Of a DNA stretch of 64,000 nt, positions 50,911 through 60,971 are shown in pieces (positions within the stretch are counted from its first letter, which is position 1; every line of letters begins with the position of its first letter). The notes under the pieces were generated by a model. The model ran no database searches. It worked only from the letters and a program-made list of their open reading frames with translations, and was not told the origin of the DNA. The DNA comes from a bacterium (GTDB lineage: Bacteria > UBA8248): NCBI GenBank assembly GCA_965202625.1, contig CBDBBI010000010.1, positions 1,280,001 through 1,344,000 on the forward strand, in the 5' to 3' direction. A program made the translations under genes and the position numbers.

Positions 50911-51879
50911 CTACTTGAACCTTGGCAAAAGCTCGGAAACGAAATTCTCTAGCTGATCCTCCTGGCTGCCGCCGGCGAAGCGAACTATGAAAACGCGCGC
51001 GCCCTCCCGCGCATATTCCCTGAGTTGCTCCTCCACCCGGGCCCCATCTCCGGCGATGACGAGAAGTTGCTTCCTCACCTCCTCAAACGTCTTGTGATAG
51101 TATTTGGAGAGAAAATTCCCGCATTGCGCTTCCGCCTTCCGCCCGTCCTGATTCACGTTCATGGTGACATAGAGACATTGCGGGATTCGGGCTATCTCAC
51201 GTCCCCGGCCCTCCCGCTCGGCATAGTCGAGTATCTTCTCCCAGCATTGCCGATAGAGGCTCGGGGTGATGGAGTTCGTTATCCAGCCATCGGCGAAGCG
51301 CGCCACGCGCCTTAAACCCGAATCCACCAGGTTGCTCGACAGCCAAACAGGGGGACCGCCGGGAGTTCTCGGCCGAGGCTCCAGCGCTACGCCCTCGAAA
51401 GCGAAATGTTTCCCCGCGTAACTCGCCCGAGGGTCTCGCATGAGCAGCTTGAGTATCTCCACGGTCTCCGAGAACCGGCGCGCGCGCTCGTTCAGAGGCA
51501 CCCCCATCGTCTCAAACTCGAACTTGAGGTCCGTGCGCCCCACGCCCAGGCCGGGGAGGACGCGCCCCGGAAACATGCAGTCGAGCGTACTCATCGACTG
51601 CGCGAGCATCACCGGATGTCGAAGGGCGGCCAGCATCACCGCCGTGCCCACCTGAACGCGTTCGGTCGACGCGAGAACAGCGGCCCAGGTGGTGAAGCTC
51701 TCAAGGCGCGGCTTGGCCAGCACGCTGTCGCCCAACCACAGGGAATCAAAGCCGAGGTTTTCCGCCTTCTTGGCGAGGGAGAATATCGGCCCCGTATCCG
51801 GCGGCTCGCCTCCAGCCCCCACGACGACGCCGCGCGTGGGCAAGAGATAGCCAAAATGAAAATTTTCTGTTTTTTTCAT
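50911..51879 (-). CDS. LLM-class flavin/F420-dependent oxidoreductase
   Basis: AENLGFDSLWLGDS, VGTAV...RHP, GLGVG, FADGW. Confidence 0.9.
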   Translation of the reverse strand: MKKTENFHFGYLLPTRGVVVGAGGEPPDTGPIFSLAKKAENLGFDSLWLGDSVLAKPRLESFTTWAAVLASTERVQVGTAVMLAALRHPVMLAQSMSTLDCMFPGRVLPGLGVGRTDLKFEFETMGVPLNERARRFSETVEILKLLMRDPRASYAGKHFAFEGVALEPRPRTPGGPPVWLSSNLVDSGLRRVARFADGWITNSITPSLYRQCWEKILDYAEREGRGREIARIPQCLYVTMNVNQDGRKAEAQCGNFLSKYYHKTFEEVRKQLLVIAGDGARVEEQLREYAREGARVFIVRFAGGSQEDQLENFVSELLPRFK

Positions 51880-52541
51880 GGGGTGCAATCCTCACCTCCC
51901 TATTCAAGGGATGAGACCCGCGCATCAAAGAGGCGCGAAATTTCACGATTGACGTTATTGGTAGCACTTTTAGCACTCCCCGGCAAAAACGCCATTCCGG
52001 CCGCGTCGCCCCTGACACGGAAATTGCCTTCGATCCGGCCCGGGGATTGCGCCGCAAGCCCAGGCACACCTCCTGAAGGGACCTCGAATGTGTAATCACA
52101 TGCGCCGTCGATAGGACGGTATATACAGGCGGTATGCGGGAGCTTTGGCTGCCTGCCGGAATCCAGAAATGCGCGCGCATGGGCACCAGTCGCCAATACT
52201 TGGGGCAAGCTGACGATTTACGTTTCCATTGCACCCCGCTCGATTATCGCGATTGCAGGTAATCCTAATCCTCAGCAATAAAGACGCCCTTCGTCGGATG
52301 TTTGGAAGAACTGCGGGTGGTTTTTCGCCTATCCGTTTCCGCAGCAAGCGGGTAGGCGGGAGAAAAAACGCAGTTGCCAAAATGCGGAGGAAATCAACGC
52401 GGTTTCAATGGAGTGTGCTGGGTAATGAAATGGACGAGCAGAGGAAACCATCATGTCCACGAAACGAAACCAAAGACCGGCGACAACCATGAAAATAAGA
52501 ATTCACTTCACCGCAAAATTCCCGCAAACGACCCATTTTTC

Positions 52542-52617
52542 TGGTGGAGCTGAGGGGGATCGAACCCCTGACCTCATGACTGCCAGTCATGCGCTCTCCC
52601 AGCTGAGCTACAGCCCC
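52542..52617 (-). tRNA. tRNA-Ala(GGC)
   Basis: Reverse complement GGGGCTGTAGCTCAGCTGGGAGAGCGCATGACTGGCAGTCATGAGGTCAGGGGTTCGATCCCCCTCAGCTCCACCA. Confidence 0.97.
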
Positions 52618-52817
52618 TCGTTATGGGAAACCCTCTCCCATTCCTAAAACTTTCCTCAAGATGCGGGGAGAATGTAGCGGAAACCGCGCCTCCTCGTCAA
52701 TGGAAAACCGATGCTGCAGCTCCCATCTGCCTGGGTGCAGGCGAAATCCTGCATTCCGACTCAAGACCTTGTGGAATGGCGGCGCGCACCTCCCCAAAAA
52801 TCCGTCATCGCCTCTTT

Positions 52818-53903
52818 TTAGTCGCCAAGGTCCGGCTCCTCAACGAATTCGCGCACTTGATCCGCCAGCCCTGGAAAATCAGCGCCGCCCGTCGCATCCT
52901 CCGCGAGAATCTCGACCTCTTCAGGCCCGCGCGCACCAAGCCCCAATTCGATTGCGCGCCTGATCTGTCGATGCGACCAAACGGAATGATCGCGCAAAAG
53001 TGCGGACCCCATGGCGCGCACCACCGAAGCGCCCACGACGTCCACGGCGACCCGATCATCACCGGCGATCATCACGTTTGGCTCGCGCTCCTCTCCGGTG
53101 TAAGGGCCGCCCGCTATCCAACATTTCCGCCCATCCAGCACGATCAAGGAGGGTGAATACAACAAATTCGTCTCTATGATCATCTCCGCCATCTGGGAGA
53201 CGAAATGGGCGCGAACCCGGTCTCTGGGGTGCACGAATCCATAAACGTTCTTGAGCGAGAGGCTAAAGCGCGGCCCCCCGCCGTGGCTCTTCATCGTGGG
53301 CAGGTTGACGACGTGCTGGCCGGGCCTCAAAAGGCGTTCGACGCAATGCACCCATCCGCCCCAGCGAATCGCCTCCGGAACGCGGGCCTTCACCCAGGTC
53401 TCCTCATCGAAGCGCAAGACGCTCACGCCCGTCCTCTCTTGAAAGTCGCTCATCCCCCATCGCTCGAAATTTTCTCGAGCAGGCAGGGAGAGGAGTCCGC
53501 CCATCTCGCCCACGGCCAAATCGTCACAACCCGCTTCTCTCAGGAGAGCGACGATGGTTTCGAGAGTCTCAGGGTGCGTCGAGGCCGGAAAAGGGTCGGC
53601 GGAGTTGAAATTGGGTTTTAAGAGGGCGGGTGCGGAAGAATCGATCACATGCCGAATGCCGCCCAGTTTTTCCACCGCAAGACGTATGGCCTCATCTCGC
53701 GTCTCCCCCCGAACCATGGCCACCAGGCTCCTGTGCCCTCTTCTCAGGCGGGGCCGGCGAAGGGGCGGAGCTTTCGCTTCGGAGTATTCCTGCTTCGTCT
53801 CCTGCAATGCCCGGTAGGCGGCGGCTTCATCTCGATTCAGCGTCTTTCTGAATCTATCGGCCCGCACCGCCACCGGCGTATCAAGTGGCACGACCATCGT
53901 CAT
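52818..53903 (-). CDS. DUF362-domain protein
   Basis: LLKPNFNS...STHPE, VNLPTMKSH, SLSLKN..G, DRVAVD. Confidence 0.85.
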   Translation of the reverse strand: MTMVVPLDTPVAVRADRFRKTLNRDEAAAYRALQETKQEYSEAKAPPLRRPRLRRGHRSLVAMVRGETRDEAIRLAVEKLGGIRHVIDSSAPALLKPNFNSADPFPASTHPETLETIVALLREAGCDDLAVGEMGGLLSLPARENFERWGMSDFQERTGVSVLRFDEETWVKARVPEAIRWGGWVHCVERLLRPGQHVVNLPTMKSHGGGPRFSLSLKNVYGFVHPRDRVRAHFVSQMAEMIIETNLLYSPSLIVLDGRKCWIAGGPYTGEEREPNVMIAGDDRVAVDVVGASVVRAMGSALLRDHSVWSHRQIRRAIELGLGARGPEEVEILAEDATGGADFPGLADQVREFVEEPDLGD

Positions 53904-54280
53904 CTCTCCAGAGGAAAATAAACTTTGCGCACATTTTACCCCGAGGGGGTGATTTCGCGAAACTACCGCCGAAGAATTTCACCCCGTTCGATGGCGTGCG
54001 CAAGAAAACAGATGCGAGGGATATCGGATGGAATAGCGGCCCCGCTCCCCTCCACCATCCTCTCTCGCTTCTCCCCCAGAAGAAGTGCTTGCACATGAGA
54101 GAGAAATACAGAAAAGGCATCATCAAAACCTCTTTCATTCGGCTCCGCCGTATCCTATACTCGCATCACAATCGTCTCCATCGTCCAGGCGCGGAAAGCG
54201 ATATCCCCAAAACATATTGCCGCGGTGCGGCCTCCCGAGGTGTGTCCACGACGCTCCCGCCTCCGAAAGAAGGAATTTTC

Positions 54281-55117
54281 ATGCTTTTTTTCATTCAATT
54301 CCTGGGGATGGGTTTAGGGATAGGTCTTCTGGGCACGCTGGTAGGCGCGGGCGGAGGCTTCATTCTCACGCCATTGCTCTTGCTGATCTTCACCGATCAA
54401 CCCTCGGAGATCATCGCCGCCACCTCGCTCAGCGTGGTTTGGCTGAACGCCCTTTCGGGTTCGATCGCCTATTACCGCATGGGGCGCATCGACCTCAAAA
54501 CCAGCGCGAGTTTCGCCCTCGCCGGCGCACCTTGGGTGATCCTCGGCGTCTACGCCACGAGAGAAGTCGCCCGCGGTCCGTTCGACATTCTGCTGGCTAT
54601 CGCTCTGCTCATCCTGTGCGCCTCCATCATCAACCCGCCCCCTCTTTTCGAGGCGACGCGGGAGAGCGCAGGTGGTCTGGGTGCCCTCGCTCGACGCCGC
54701 ATCATCGACAGCACAGGCCGCGTCTATGAATACGCCTTCCGCTTCAGGCTCGGCGTATGCTTGAGTTCCATCGTGGGATTTCTGGCGAGTTTTCTCGGCA
54801 TCGGGGGCGGTCCGATGAACGTGCCGATGATGATAAGAATCCTGCGGATTCCTCCCCACATCGCCACCGCCACGTCCCAGTGCGCGCTTCTCTTCACCGC
54901 GGCGCTTGCCGTAGTAGTGCATTTTTTCCATGGAAACCTCCATGCGATGACCAGCGTGATCCTTCCCCTCGCAGTCGGGACGATCGCGGGCGCGCAATTC
55001 GGCGCGGCGTATTCGAACAAACTGAAATCGACCACGCTTACACGCATTCTGGCGGCACTCTTGACGCTCGTCTCCCTGCAACTCCTCTATAGAGGCTTAC
55101 TCACCTGGGTGCGGTGA
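54281..55117 (+). CDS. TauE/SafE-family sulfite exporter
   Basis: Two repeats GTLVGAGGGFILTP and FLGIGGGPMNVP, ATATS; very hydrophobic. Confidence 0.9.
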   Translation: MLFFIQFLGMGLGIGLLGTLVGAGGGFILTPLLLLIFTDQPSEIIAATSLSVVWLNALSGSIAYYRMGRIDLKTSASFALAGAPWVILGVYATREVARGPFDILLAIALLILCASIINPPPLFEATRESAGGLGALARRRIIDSTGRVYEYAFRFRLGVCLSSIVGFLASFLGIGGGPMNVPMMIRILRIPPHIATATSQCALLFTAALAVVVHFFHGNLHAMTSVILPLAVGTIAGAQFGAAYSNKLKSTTLTRILAALLTLVSLQLLYRGLLTWVR

Positions 55118-55251
55118 ATGACGAATCGAACTGGCAAATCGGCGCGTCGTGTGTGAGAATGCGTCTTCTAAACGAATGCAGTTTCAAGGACGTTTCATTT
55201 CACAGCGCGCGGCTGCCATGAAGGTTGCTGGGCGAGGAGGAGATTGTAAGC

Positions 55252-56034
55252 ATGTCGGAGAAAGTCACCCTGGTAGAGGTCAAGGACAAAACCCTCTGGG
55301 TGGGGTTGAACCGCCCCAAAACGCTGAACGCCATGAACTTTCAGATGATCAACGAGGTCATCGACGCCTTCACGCGGCTTGATGAGGACCCCGACATTGG
55401 CGTGGGCGTATTGTATGGACTGGACGGGAACTTCTCATCGGGGGGCGATATGGACATGATGCTGGGGCTGAACTACCAGACGGGCCACATCTGGAACAAC
55501 AAGATGCGACGCCTGTGCATGACGCTCCGAAACTCTGGCAAACCCACCATCGCCATGGTGCGCGGCTGGTGCATCGGCGGGGGCAACGAATGGCAGTTGT
55601 ATTGCGACCTGTGTATTGCCAGCGAAAACGCGACCTTTGGGCAATCGGGCGCGCGCGTGGGCGCGTTGCCGGTAGTGGGCGCTACGCAATACCTCCCCTT
55701 GCTCATGGGCGATCGCAGGGCGCGCGAGATGCTTTTCCTGGCCAAGCGCTATTCCGCGCAGGAGGCCAAGGAAGTCGGCCTGATCAACGAGGTCGTGCCA
55801 GATGATGAACTCGAAAAAACGACTGAAGCGTGGTGTGCCACCATCAATTCCCACGCGCCGGCCACGCTGCGCTACATGAAGACGAATCTCAATTTCCTGG
55901 GCGACCTCCACTATCCCTCATGGATGCACGGCAGCGAGCTTCTGAACGCCGTGTGGAACAACGAGCAATCCATTGAGGGAATGAGCGCGTTCAAAGAGAA
56001 GAGACCGCCCGATTTCAGCCGCTTCCCCCGCTAG
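55252..56034 (+). CDS. Crotonase-family enzyme (MenB/BadI/Oah-like)
   Basis: LNRPKTLNA, FSSGGD, KPTIAMVRGWCIGGGNE, FGQSG, EGMSAFKEKRPPDF. Confidence 0.88.
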   Translation: MSEKVTLVEVKDKTLWVGLNRPKTLNAMNFQMINEVIDAFTRLDEDPDIGVGVLYGLDGNFSSGGDMDMMLGLNYQTGHIWNNKMRRLCMTLRNSGKPTIAMVRGWCIGGGNEWQLYCDLCIASENATFGQSGARVGALPVVGATQYLPLLMGDRRAREMLFLAKRYSAQEAKEVGLINEVVPDDELEKTTEAWCATINSHAPATLRYMKTNLNFLGDLHYPSWMHGSELLNAVWNNEQSIEGMSAFKEKRPPDFSRFPR

Positions 56035-56153
56035 GCGCGGCCCGGAAATCGGCGTGGGGCATAATTCATAGAGGGCGCGGCCCCGATGGGATAGATGCTC
56101 GCTTATCGGATTTCGGGGGATTTCGGGCAACGTAAAGTAAGGCGACTGCACCG

Positions 56154-56822
56154 CTAACGCGCGTAGCCCCTGCGCCGATAGAACCCCGGAGAGCCTGTCG
56201 CCTGTCGGTAATAGCCCCTCACGCGCGTCGTCCACTCAGAGGCGTTCATTTGCTTCCATTCTGGCGTCTCGCGCCCGGACGCATCCTCCAGCTCGTAGAG
56301 CACGACCATGAGCCGTTCCCCTTCCATTGGGCTGTAGCGGCGCATGCGCCGCACCCCCGGCACCTTCTCGCATAGAGGGGCGCGATCCTGTGCATACCAG
56401 CCGTTGAAGTCGGCGAGCATCTCCTCAGGCACGTGGATTCTGCCGAATTGAACAAAGGGGGCGAGGCCGGCCGCGTCCACCGTCGGGAAATCAGGCGGCG
56501 GTGCGGGCAAACCGGGGTAGACCTGCGCGCAAACGAGGCGGATGCGGGTCTTTGGAGGCGTGGGAAAGCGCATCTCCTCGGAGTTCATAAGCGAGGCAAA
56601 TTCCGCGCCATAGAACACGTGAACGCTCCTCGCCTCCAGGAGATTCAAAAAGCGGGGCGCGCCGTCAATCGCCTCGTAGCCCGCCCCTCCGCTCACCCCC
56701 GCAACGTCGAGCATCCGTGAGGTGCGAACCTCATCAAGCCACGCCCGCACCTCATGTTCCTCGCCATCCGCAAAGTCGAACAATTCGGCAAGCAGTCCCA
56801 TCCCGTGTGTGCGCACAACCAC
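56154..56822 (-). CDS. Two-domain EthD/DUF4286-like hypothetical protein
   Basis: Repeated pattern (E..F/V..W.....R.....VPGV...RRY...Y/LE); start codon uncertain. Confidence 0.65.
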   Translation of the reverse strand: MVVRTHGMGLLAELFDFADGEEHEVRAWLDEVRTSRMLDVAGVSGGAGYEAIDGAPRFLNLLEARSVHVFYGAEFASLMNSEEMRFPTPPKTRIRLVCAQVYPGLPAPPPDFPTVDAAGLAPFVQFGRIHVPEEMLADFNGWYAQDRAPLCEKVPGVRRMRRYSPMEGERLMVVLYELEDASGRETPEWKQMNASEWTTRVRGYYRQATGSPGFYRRRGYAR

Positions 56823-56864
56823 CTCTGCGTATCTGAAAGCAAGAGAAGATGAAATCCACGCTAT

Positions 56865-57173
56865 TTATTTTTTCTGAAGCACCACCCGTATCGTTCCCCC
56901 ATACTGCGCGGCCACGAGATGATGGGGGCGGTATCCTTCCTTCAGAATCTCGACCGTAAACGTATCCGCGTAATGATCCTTTATCTTCTTCCAGGGAATG
57001 AGGACCGGCGATTCGCCTATCTTCTCCTTGCCGAGCTTCACCGTGGCACCCGGCGGCTCCGTGATCACCTCCACGCCTCGCGGCACTATGTCGCCGCATC
57101 CGCTTGAGACGAAGAGCGCGAGAATCACGAATCCCGCCGCGAGGGCCTTGCGCATCCTGTATTTCTCCTTCAT
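56865..57173 (-). CDS. Small PEGA-domain lipoprotein
   Basis: Signal peptide with lipobox-like SSGC, then VITEPPGATV...IGESP...VEILKEGY. Confidence 0.75.
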   Translation of the reverse strand: MKEKYRMRKALAAGFVILALFVSSGCGDIVPRGVEVITEPPGATVKLGKEKIGESPVLIPWKKIKDHYADTFTVEILKEGYRPHHLVAAQYGGTIRVVLQKK

Positions 57174-57388
57174 GGCTGCCCCTGCCAAATGCGTTTGTCC
57201 GTATTGCAAGGCGGTCGCGAGACGCCGAGAAGCCCCCGCCCAGATTCCGAGAAGATTATGAACCCATATCCTGACAAAATCCACCACAACCAGAACCTTG
57301 GTCGGCGGACCCTCGGAAAACACTCGCGCCAGGAAGATGGGCACGAGGCAGGCTCTTTCCGAAAACGGCGGCGGCACCTTCGCCTTAC

Positions 57389-58744
57389 TCACGCCTCGTC
57401 CGCCCCGCCGCGCGCCTGCAGCATGCGCGGGGTTTTTTCCACGCGAACGAGTCCCCCGTCCGCCTCATCCCCTTTCTCCTTCGGCGCGCTCCCGTAGTCG
57501 CTGAACTTTCGCGCGGAGACCATCACTCTCGATTCATAGGAGCCCACTGCCTTGTTGTAGGCGTCAACCGCCCTCCCCAACCCCCGGCCCATGGTGTCGA
57601 AGTGTCCCGCCAGCGTCTTGAGCCGCCCGTAAAGCTCTCCACCGAGCGCGCTCACGGCCTGGGCGCTCTCGGCCACTTTCTCCTGCCGCCAGCCGTATGC
57701 CACCGCGCGCAGAAGGGCGATGAGCGTCGTGGGCGTGGCCAGTATCACCTGCTTGCCCACGCCTTCTTCTATCAGACCGGGGTCCTGCTCGAGCGCCGCG
57801 CTGAAAAGACTCTCTCCGGGCAGGAACATCGCCACGAACTCAGGCGTGGATTCGCACTGATCCCAGTAGGCCTTGGAGCTGAGCCGGCTCATGTGGTCCC
57901 GAATCTGGCGCGCGTGATCTTGGAGGTAATCACGGCGCTTATGCTCATCCTCCGCTTCTATCGAGTTGAGATAGGCCTCAAGCGGGGCCTTGGCGTCCAC
58001 CACGACGTTCTTGCCGCCCGGCAACTTCACGATGAGGTCAGGCCGCAGGCGCGCGTCCTCCGAGGAAAACGTCTGCTGCTCCAGGAAATCGCAATGGTCC
58101 ACCATGCCGGCCATCTCCACTACGCGCCTGAGCTGCATCTCCCCCCAATGGCCGCGCACGCTCGGGGCGCGCAAGGCTTTGACGAGATTTCCCGTCTCCG
58201 ATTGAAGCGCCTTCTGCGCGCCCGCGAGAGATTTCAGATGCTCCGTGATCGCGCCATAGGCCTCTCGCCTGGCTTTCTCCAAACCCTCCGCCTGGTTCCC
58301 TACCTTGTCGAGCGATTCCCGAATGGGTGCGACCAGGCTCTCCACCGCCTTTTGACGCAATTCCAGGTCGCCTCTGGCCTCGCTTTGGAATTTCTCAAGC
58401 GTCTCTTTCGCCAAAACGAGAAAAGAGGAATTGTTGTTCTTGAGAGCGTCCGCGCTCATCGCGCCAAAGCTCTCGCGCATGTCCTCCGCCGCGCGGCGAA
58501 GCAGGTCGATTTTCTCCCCCGCTGATTTCTTCTCGTGTGCCAGATCAGATTCAAGGCGCGCGAGATCCGCGTTGAGGGCCGCGTTTTTCTCTTGCGCATC
58601 GGCGAGAGTGGCCTGGACTTCCGCTTTCTCCTCCTCCGCCCTCGCCAACATTCGGGACAGCCCTGCGGTGCGCGTCCCTGAAGCGCGCCAAACGATGAGG
58701 ATGAGAATGAGAGCAGCGCCCAAAGCGACGAACTCGACTTCCAT
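57389..58744 (-). CDS. rmuC: DNA recombination protein RmuC
   Basis: N-terminal TM, coiled coil, RGHWGEMQL, RPDLIVKLPGGK.VVVDAK, FVAMFLPGE, ATPTTLIALLR. Confidence 0.95.
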   Translation of the reverse strand: MEVEFVALGAALILILIVWRASGTRTAGLSRMLARAEEEKAEVQATLADAQEKNAALNADLARLESDLAHEKKSAGEKIDLLRRAAEDMRESFGAMSADALKNNNSSFLVLAKETLEKFQSEARGDLELRQKAVESLVAPIRESLDKVGNQAEGLEKARREAYGAITEHLKSLAGAQKALQSETGNLVKALRAPSVRGHWGEMQLRRVVEMAGMVDHCDFLEQQTFSSEDARLRPDLIVKLPGGKNVVVDAKAPLEAYLNSIEAEDEHKRRDYLQDHARQIRDHMSRLSSKAYWDQCESTPEFVAMFLPGESLFSAALEQDPGLIEEGVGKQVILATPTTLIALLRAVAYGWRQEKVAESAQAVSALGGELYGRLKTLAGHFDTMGRGLGRAVDAYNKAVGSYESRVMVSARKFSDYGSAPKEKGDEADGGLVRVEKTPRMLQARGGADEA

Positions 58745-58963
58745 GCGGGATTCTCCTCAATAGGACAATTTCAGGAGGGGGCGAACAGGCTAGCCCAAAA
58801 CCAACGCACAAACCCCCAAAAGCTTCTCGCGCGGGGCGTGCATATATCTCAGCGAAACCTGTTTGAGAGCACTCGCGTCTTTCTCGCCCTTACTGAAGAA
58901 TTTCTCTATCTGACGTTTAAGGCTGCAAATCTATGGAGAAAAAATGGGAACACACGTATCAAA

Positions 58964-59227
58964 CTACTCTTCTTCAAGACGCACGGCAGCGTCGATCAGG
59001 GTGCGATAGATTTGCTTGAGCACCTCAGGCGGGCATGGGCCTCTGTTGTCGTTCAACACCCGGGTGATGATCTCGCTCTCGCGCGCCTCGTCCTTGACGG
59101 CAATCCCCCGCGCGCTCTTGTATTCCCCGACTTCCAGGCAAATTTTCAGCCGCTTGTTGATCAGACGAATTATCGCCTCATCGCACGCATCAATCCGCTC
59201 CCTGAACCCGGACAACCCATCCGCCAT
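58964..59227 (-). CDS. Chorismate mutase (AroQ, monofunctional)
   Basis: FRERIDACDEAIIRLINKR...VGEYK...DEARE. Confidence 0.88.
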   Translation of the reverse strand: MADGLSGFRERIDACDEAIIRLINKRLKICLEVGEYKSARGIAVKDEARESEIITRVLNDNRGPCPPEVLKQIYRTLIDAAVRLEEE

Positions 59228-59507
59228 GCCGCACTCCATCGTGGCCCCAGGTAAAGACATGATGAGAAAAGAAACGCTATCATACCATTCATTCACGGGC
59301 GTTTCATTCTCTGGGCGTATTCTCGAAAAAACGCTGGCAACAGCCTGAAAGGCGAAGCCCAGCGTTCGCTCCGGAAGAACGTCCTCGAAAACTCTTTTCT
59401 GGCCGAAATCGCATTCCCTCCAACCTCGTTTGGGAATCGGCTCGGTGGATTTGATATTCTCGATTTTCTGGCGTAGTTTTCGCCCTTATCCCCTACCTGA
59501 GGGCAAT

Positions 59508-60971
59508 ATGTTCAAGCGATTTAGAAACCTTGCCCGGGTGAACCCCTTTAAGCCCACGACGGCGATTTTTCCGGGCATCGACGCAGAGCGCATCGCCGCC
59601 GACCTTCGCCTTGAGGCGGAGGGAGAACGGAGGGGCGCGATGGACCAGCCGGATTCCTCAGAGGTGGGATTCGACTTGATCGAACGGAGGATCGTCGATT
59701 GCGTTAAAGAGCTCCGCCGCATGGGCCTTGGACATTTCGACGAGCATGAGGGCGCGTATGCCGACCGCATCGCACGAGCAGACAGTATATCGACGGACAT
59801 GCAAACCGCCACGCGCGACGCCGAAACCGATTTTATGATGGAGATCAACAGGTGGAGGGGCATCCTTGCGAACGAACGCAACGACCTCCAGCTCGTCGAC
59901 GAGGAATTCAAGCACTTCCGCCAGGAAAACCGCCTCAAGCGGACGGCACACGAGGGCGGCGGATTCTCCAAATGGCTCTTCTATTCACTCGGCATCCTGA
60001 TCGTGGAATCGGTGCTGAACGGCGTGTTCTTCGCCAACGCGCACGAACTCGGGTTGATCGGCGGCGTTTTCACCGCCCTCGGCATTTCGGTCATCAACGT
60101 CGGCGTCGCGGCGTGCATGGCATGGACAAGCCGGAATTTCAATCACTTCCGTATCGTCCGAAAACTCGTCGGAACGCTCTCCTTTCTGGCCGCCGTGGCC
60201 TTCGCACCAGTATTCAATCTTTTTGTGGCGCATTTTCGAAACGCCGCCGAAGCGGAAAAACCATGGAGCGAGGCCGCAGGCCATGCCTATCGAAACATCC
60301 TCGCTAATCCACTCGGTCTGGAAAGCATCGACGCGTGGCTTCTCGGAATGCTCGGAATCCTGGCGGCGACCATCTCCGGCTGGAAAACTTACGCCTCGGG
60401 CGACCCCTATCCCGGCTACGGGCGCGTATGGAGAAAAATTCACGACGCGCGGGAAGCCTACGCCCAGAGAAACGAAGAAGCGATTGACACGGTGACGGAG
60501 ACGCGCGACAAGGCGGTGGACGATCTCAAATCGGCAATTGACCACATGAAAGCGCAAATTGCGGACGCCCGCAACGCGGCCAACGGTCTGACCTCCCTTC
60601 GGGGCCAACTCGAACAGTTCCTTGAACAGTGCGACCAGAAAGTGAGCCTGTTGCTGACCACTTACCGGAACGCCAACAAGGGAAAACGCGCGGCGGCACC
60701 CCCGGCGCATTTTTCCAGGGATTTCCTCTTCGAACCATACAAAGCCGGACTATCGCCAGATGCTCAAAATACGCTCAACCAAAAAACGGCAGGGAAACTT
60801 GAAGAGAACATCGCACAAGCGATTGATCGCATCTATGATGCCTGCCAGAAGGCTATCGAATCCTTCAAGCCAATCGACGCCATTGAATCCGGAGCACCCG
60901 CCTTTCCCGATCTCCAGCCCGTTACCGTGACGAACGAGGGAGAAGAGGCGCCAAGCAGGGCGGGAGCTTGA
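59508..60971 (+). CDS. Hypothetical membrane protein: helical N-region, about 4 TM segments, coiled-coil C-region
   Basis: Hydrophobic stretches WLFYSLGILIVESVLNGVFF, LIGGVFTALGISVINVGVA, LSFLAAVAFAPVFNLFVAHFR, WLLGMLGILAATISG, then DPYPGY and heptad-rich helices. Confidence 0.8.
   Translation: MFKRFRNLARVNPFKPTTAIFPGIDAERIAADLRLEAEGERRGAMDQPDSSEVGFDLIERRIVDCVKELRRMGLGHFDEHEGAYADRIARADSISTDMQTATRDAETDFMMEINRWRGILANERNDLQLVDEEFKHFRQENRLKRTAHEGGGFSKWLFYSLGILIVESVLNGVFFANAHELGLIGGVFTALGISVINVGVAACMAWTSRNFNHFRIVRKLVGTLSFLAAVAFAPVFNLFVAHFRNAAEAEKPWSEAAGHAYRNILANPLGLESIDAWLLGMLGILAATISGWKTYASGDPYPGYGRVWRKIHDAREAYAQRNEEAIDTVTETRDKAVDDLKSAIDHMKAQIADARNAANGLTSLRGQLEQFLEQCDQKVSLLLTTYRNANKGKRAAAPPAHFSRDFLFEPYKAGLSPDAQNTLNQKTAGKLEENIAQAIDRIYDACQKAIESFKPIDAIESGAPAFPDLQPVTVTNEGEEAPSRAGA

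Noticed and set aside
55252-56034. Calling the crotonase menB
   Set aside because: No men genes are nearby, and it cannot be told apart from BadI/Oah-like hydrolases by eye.
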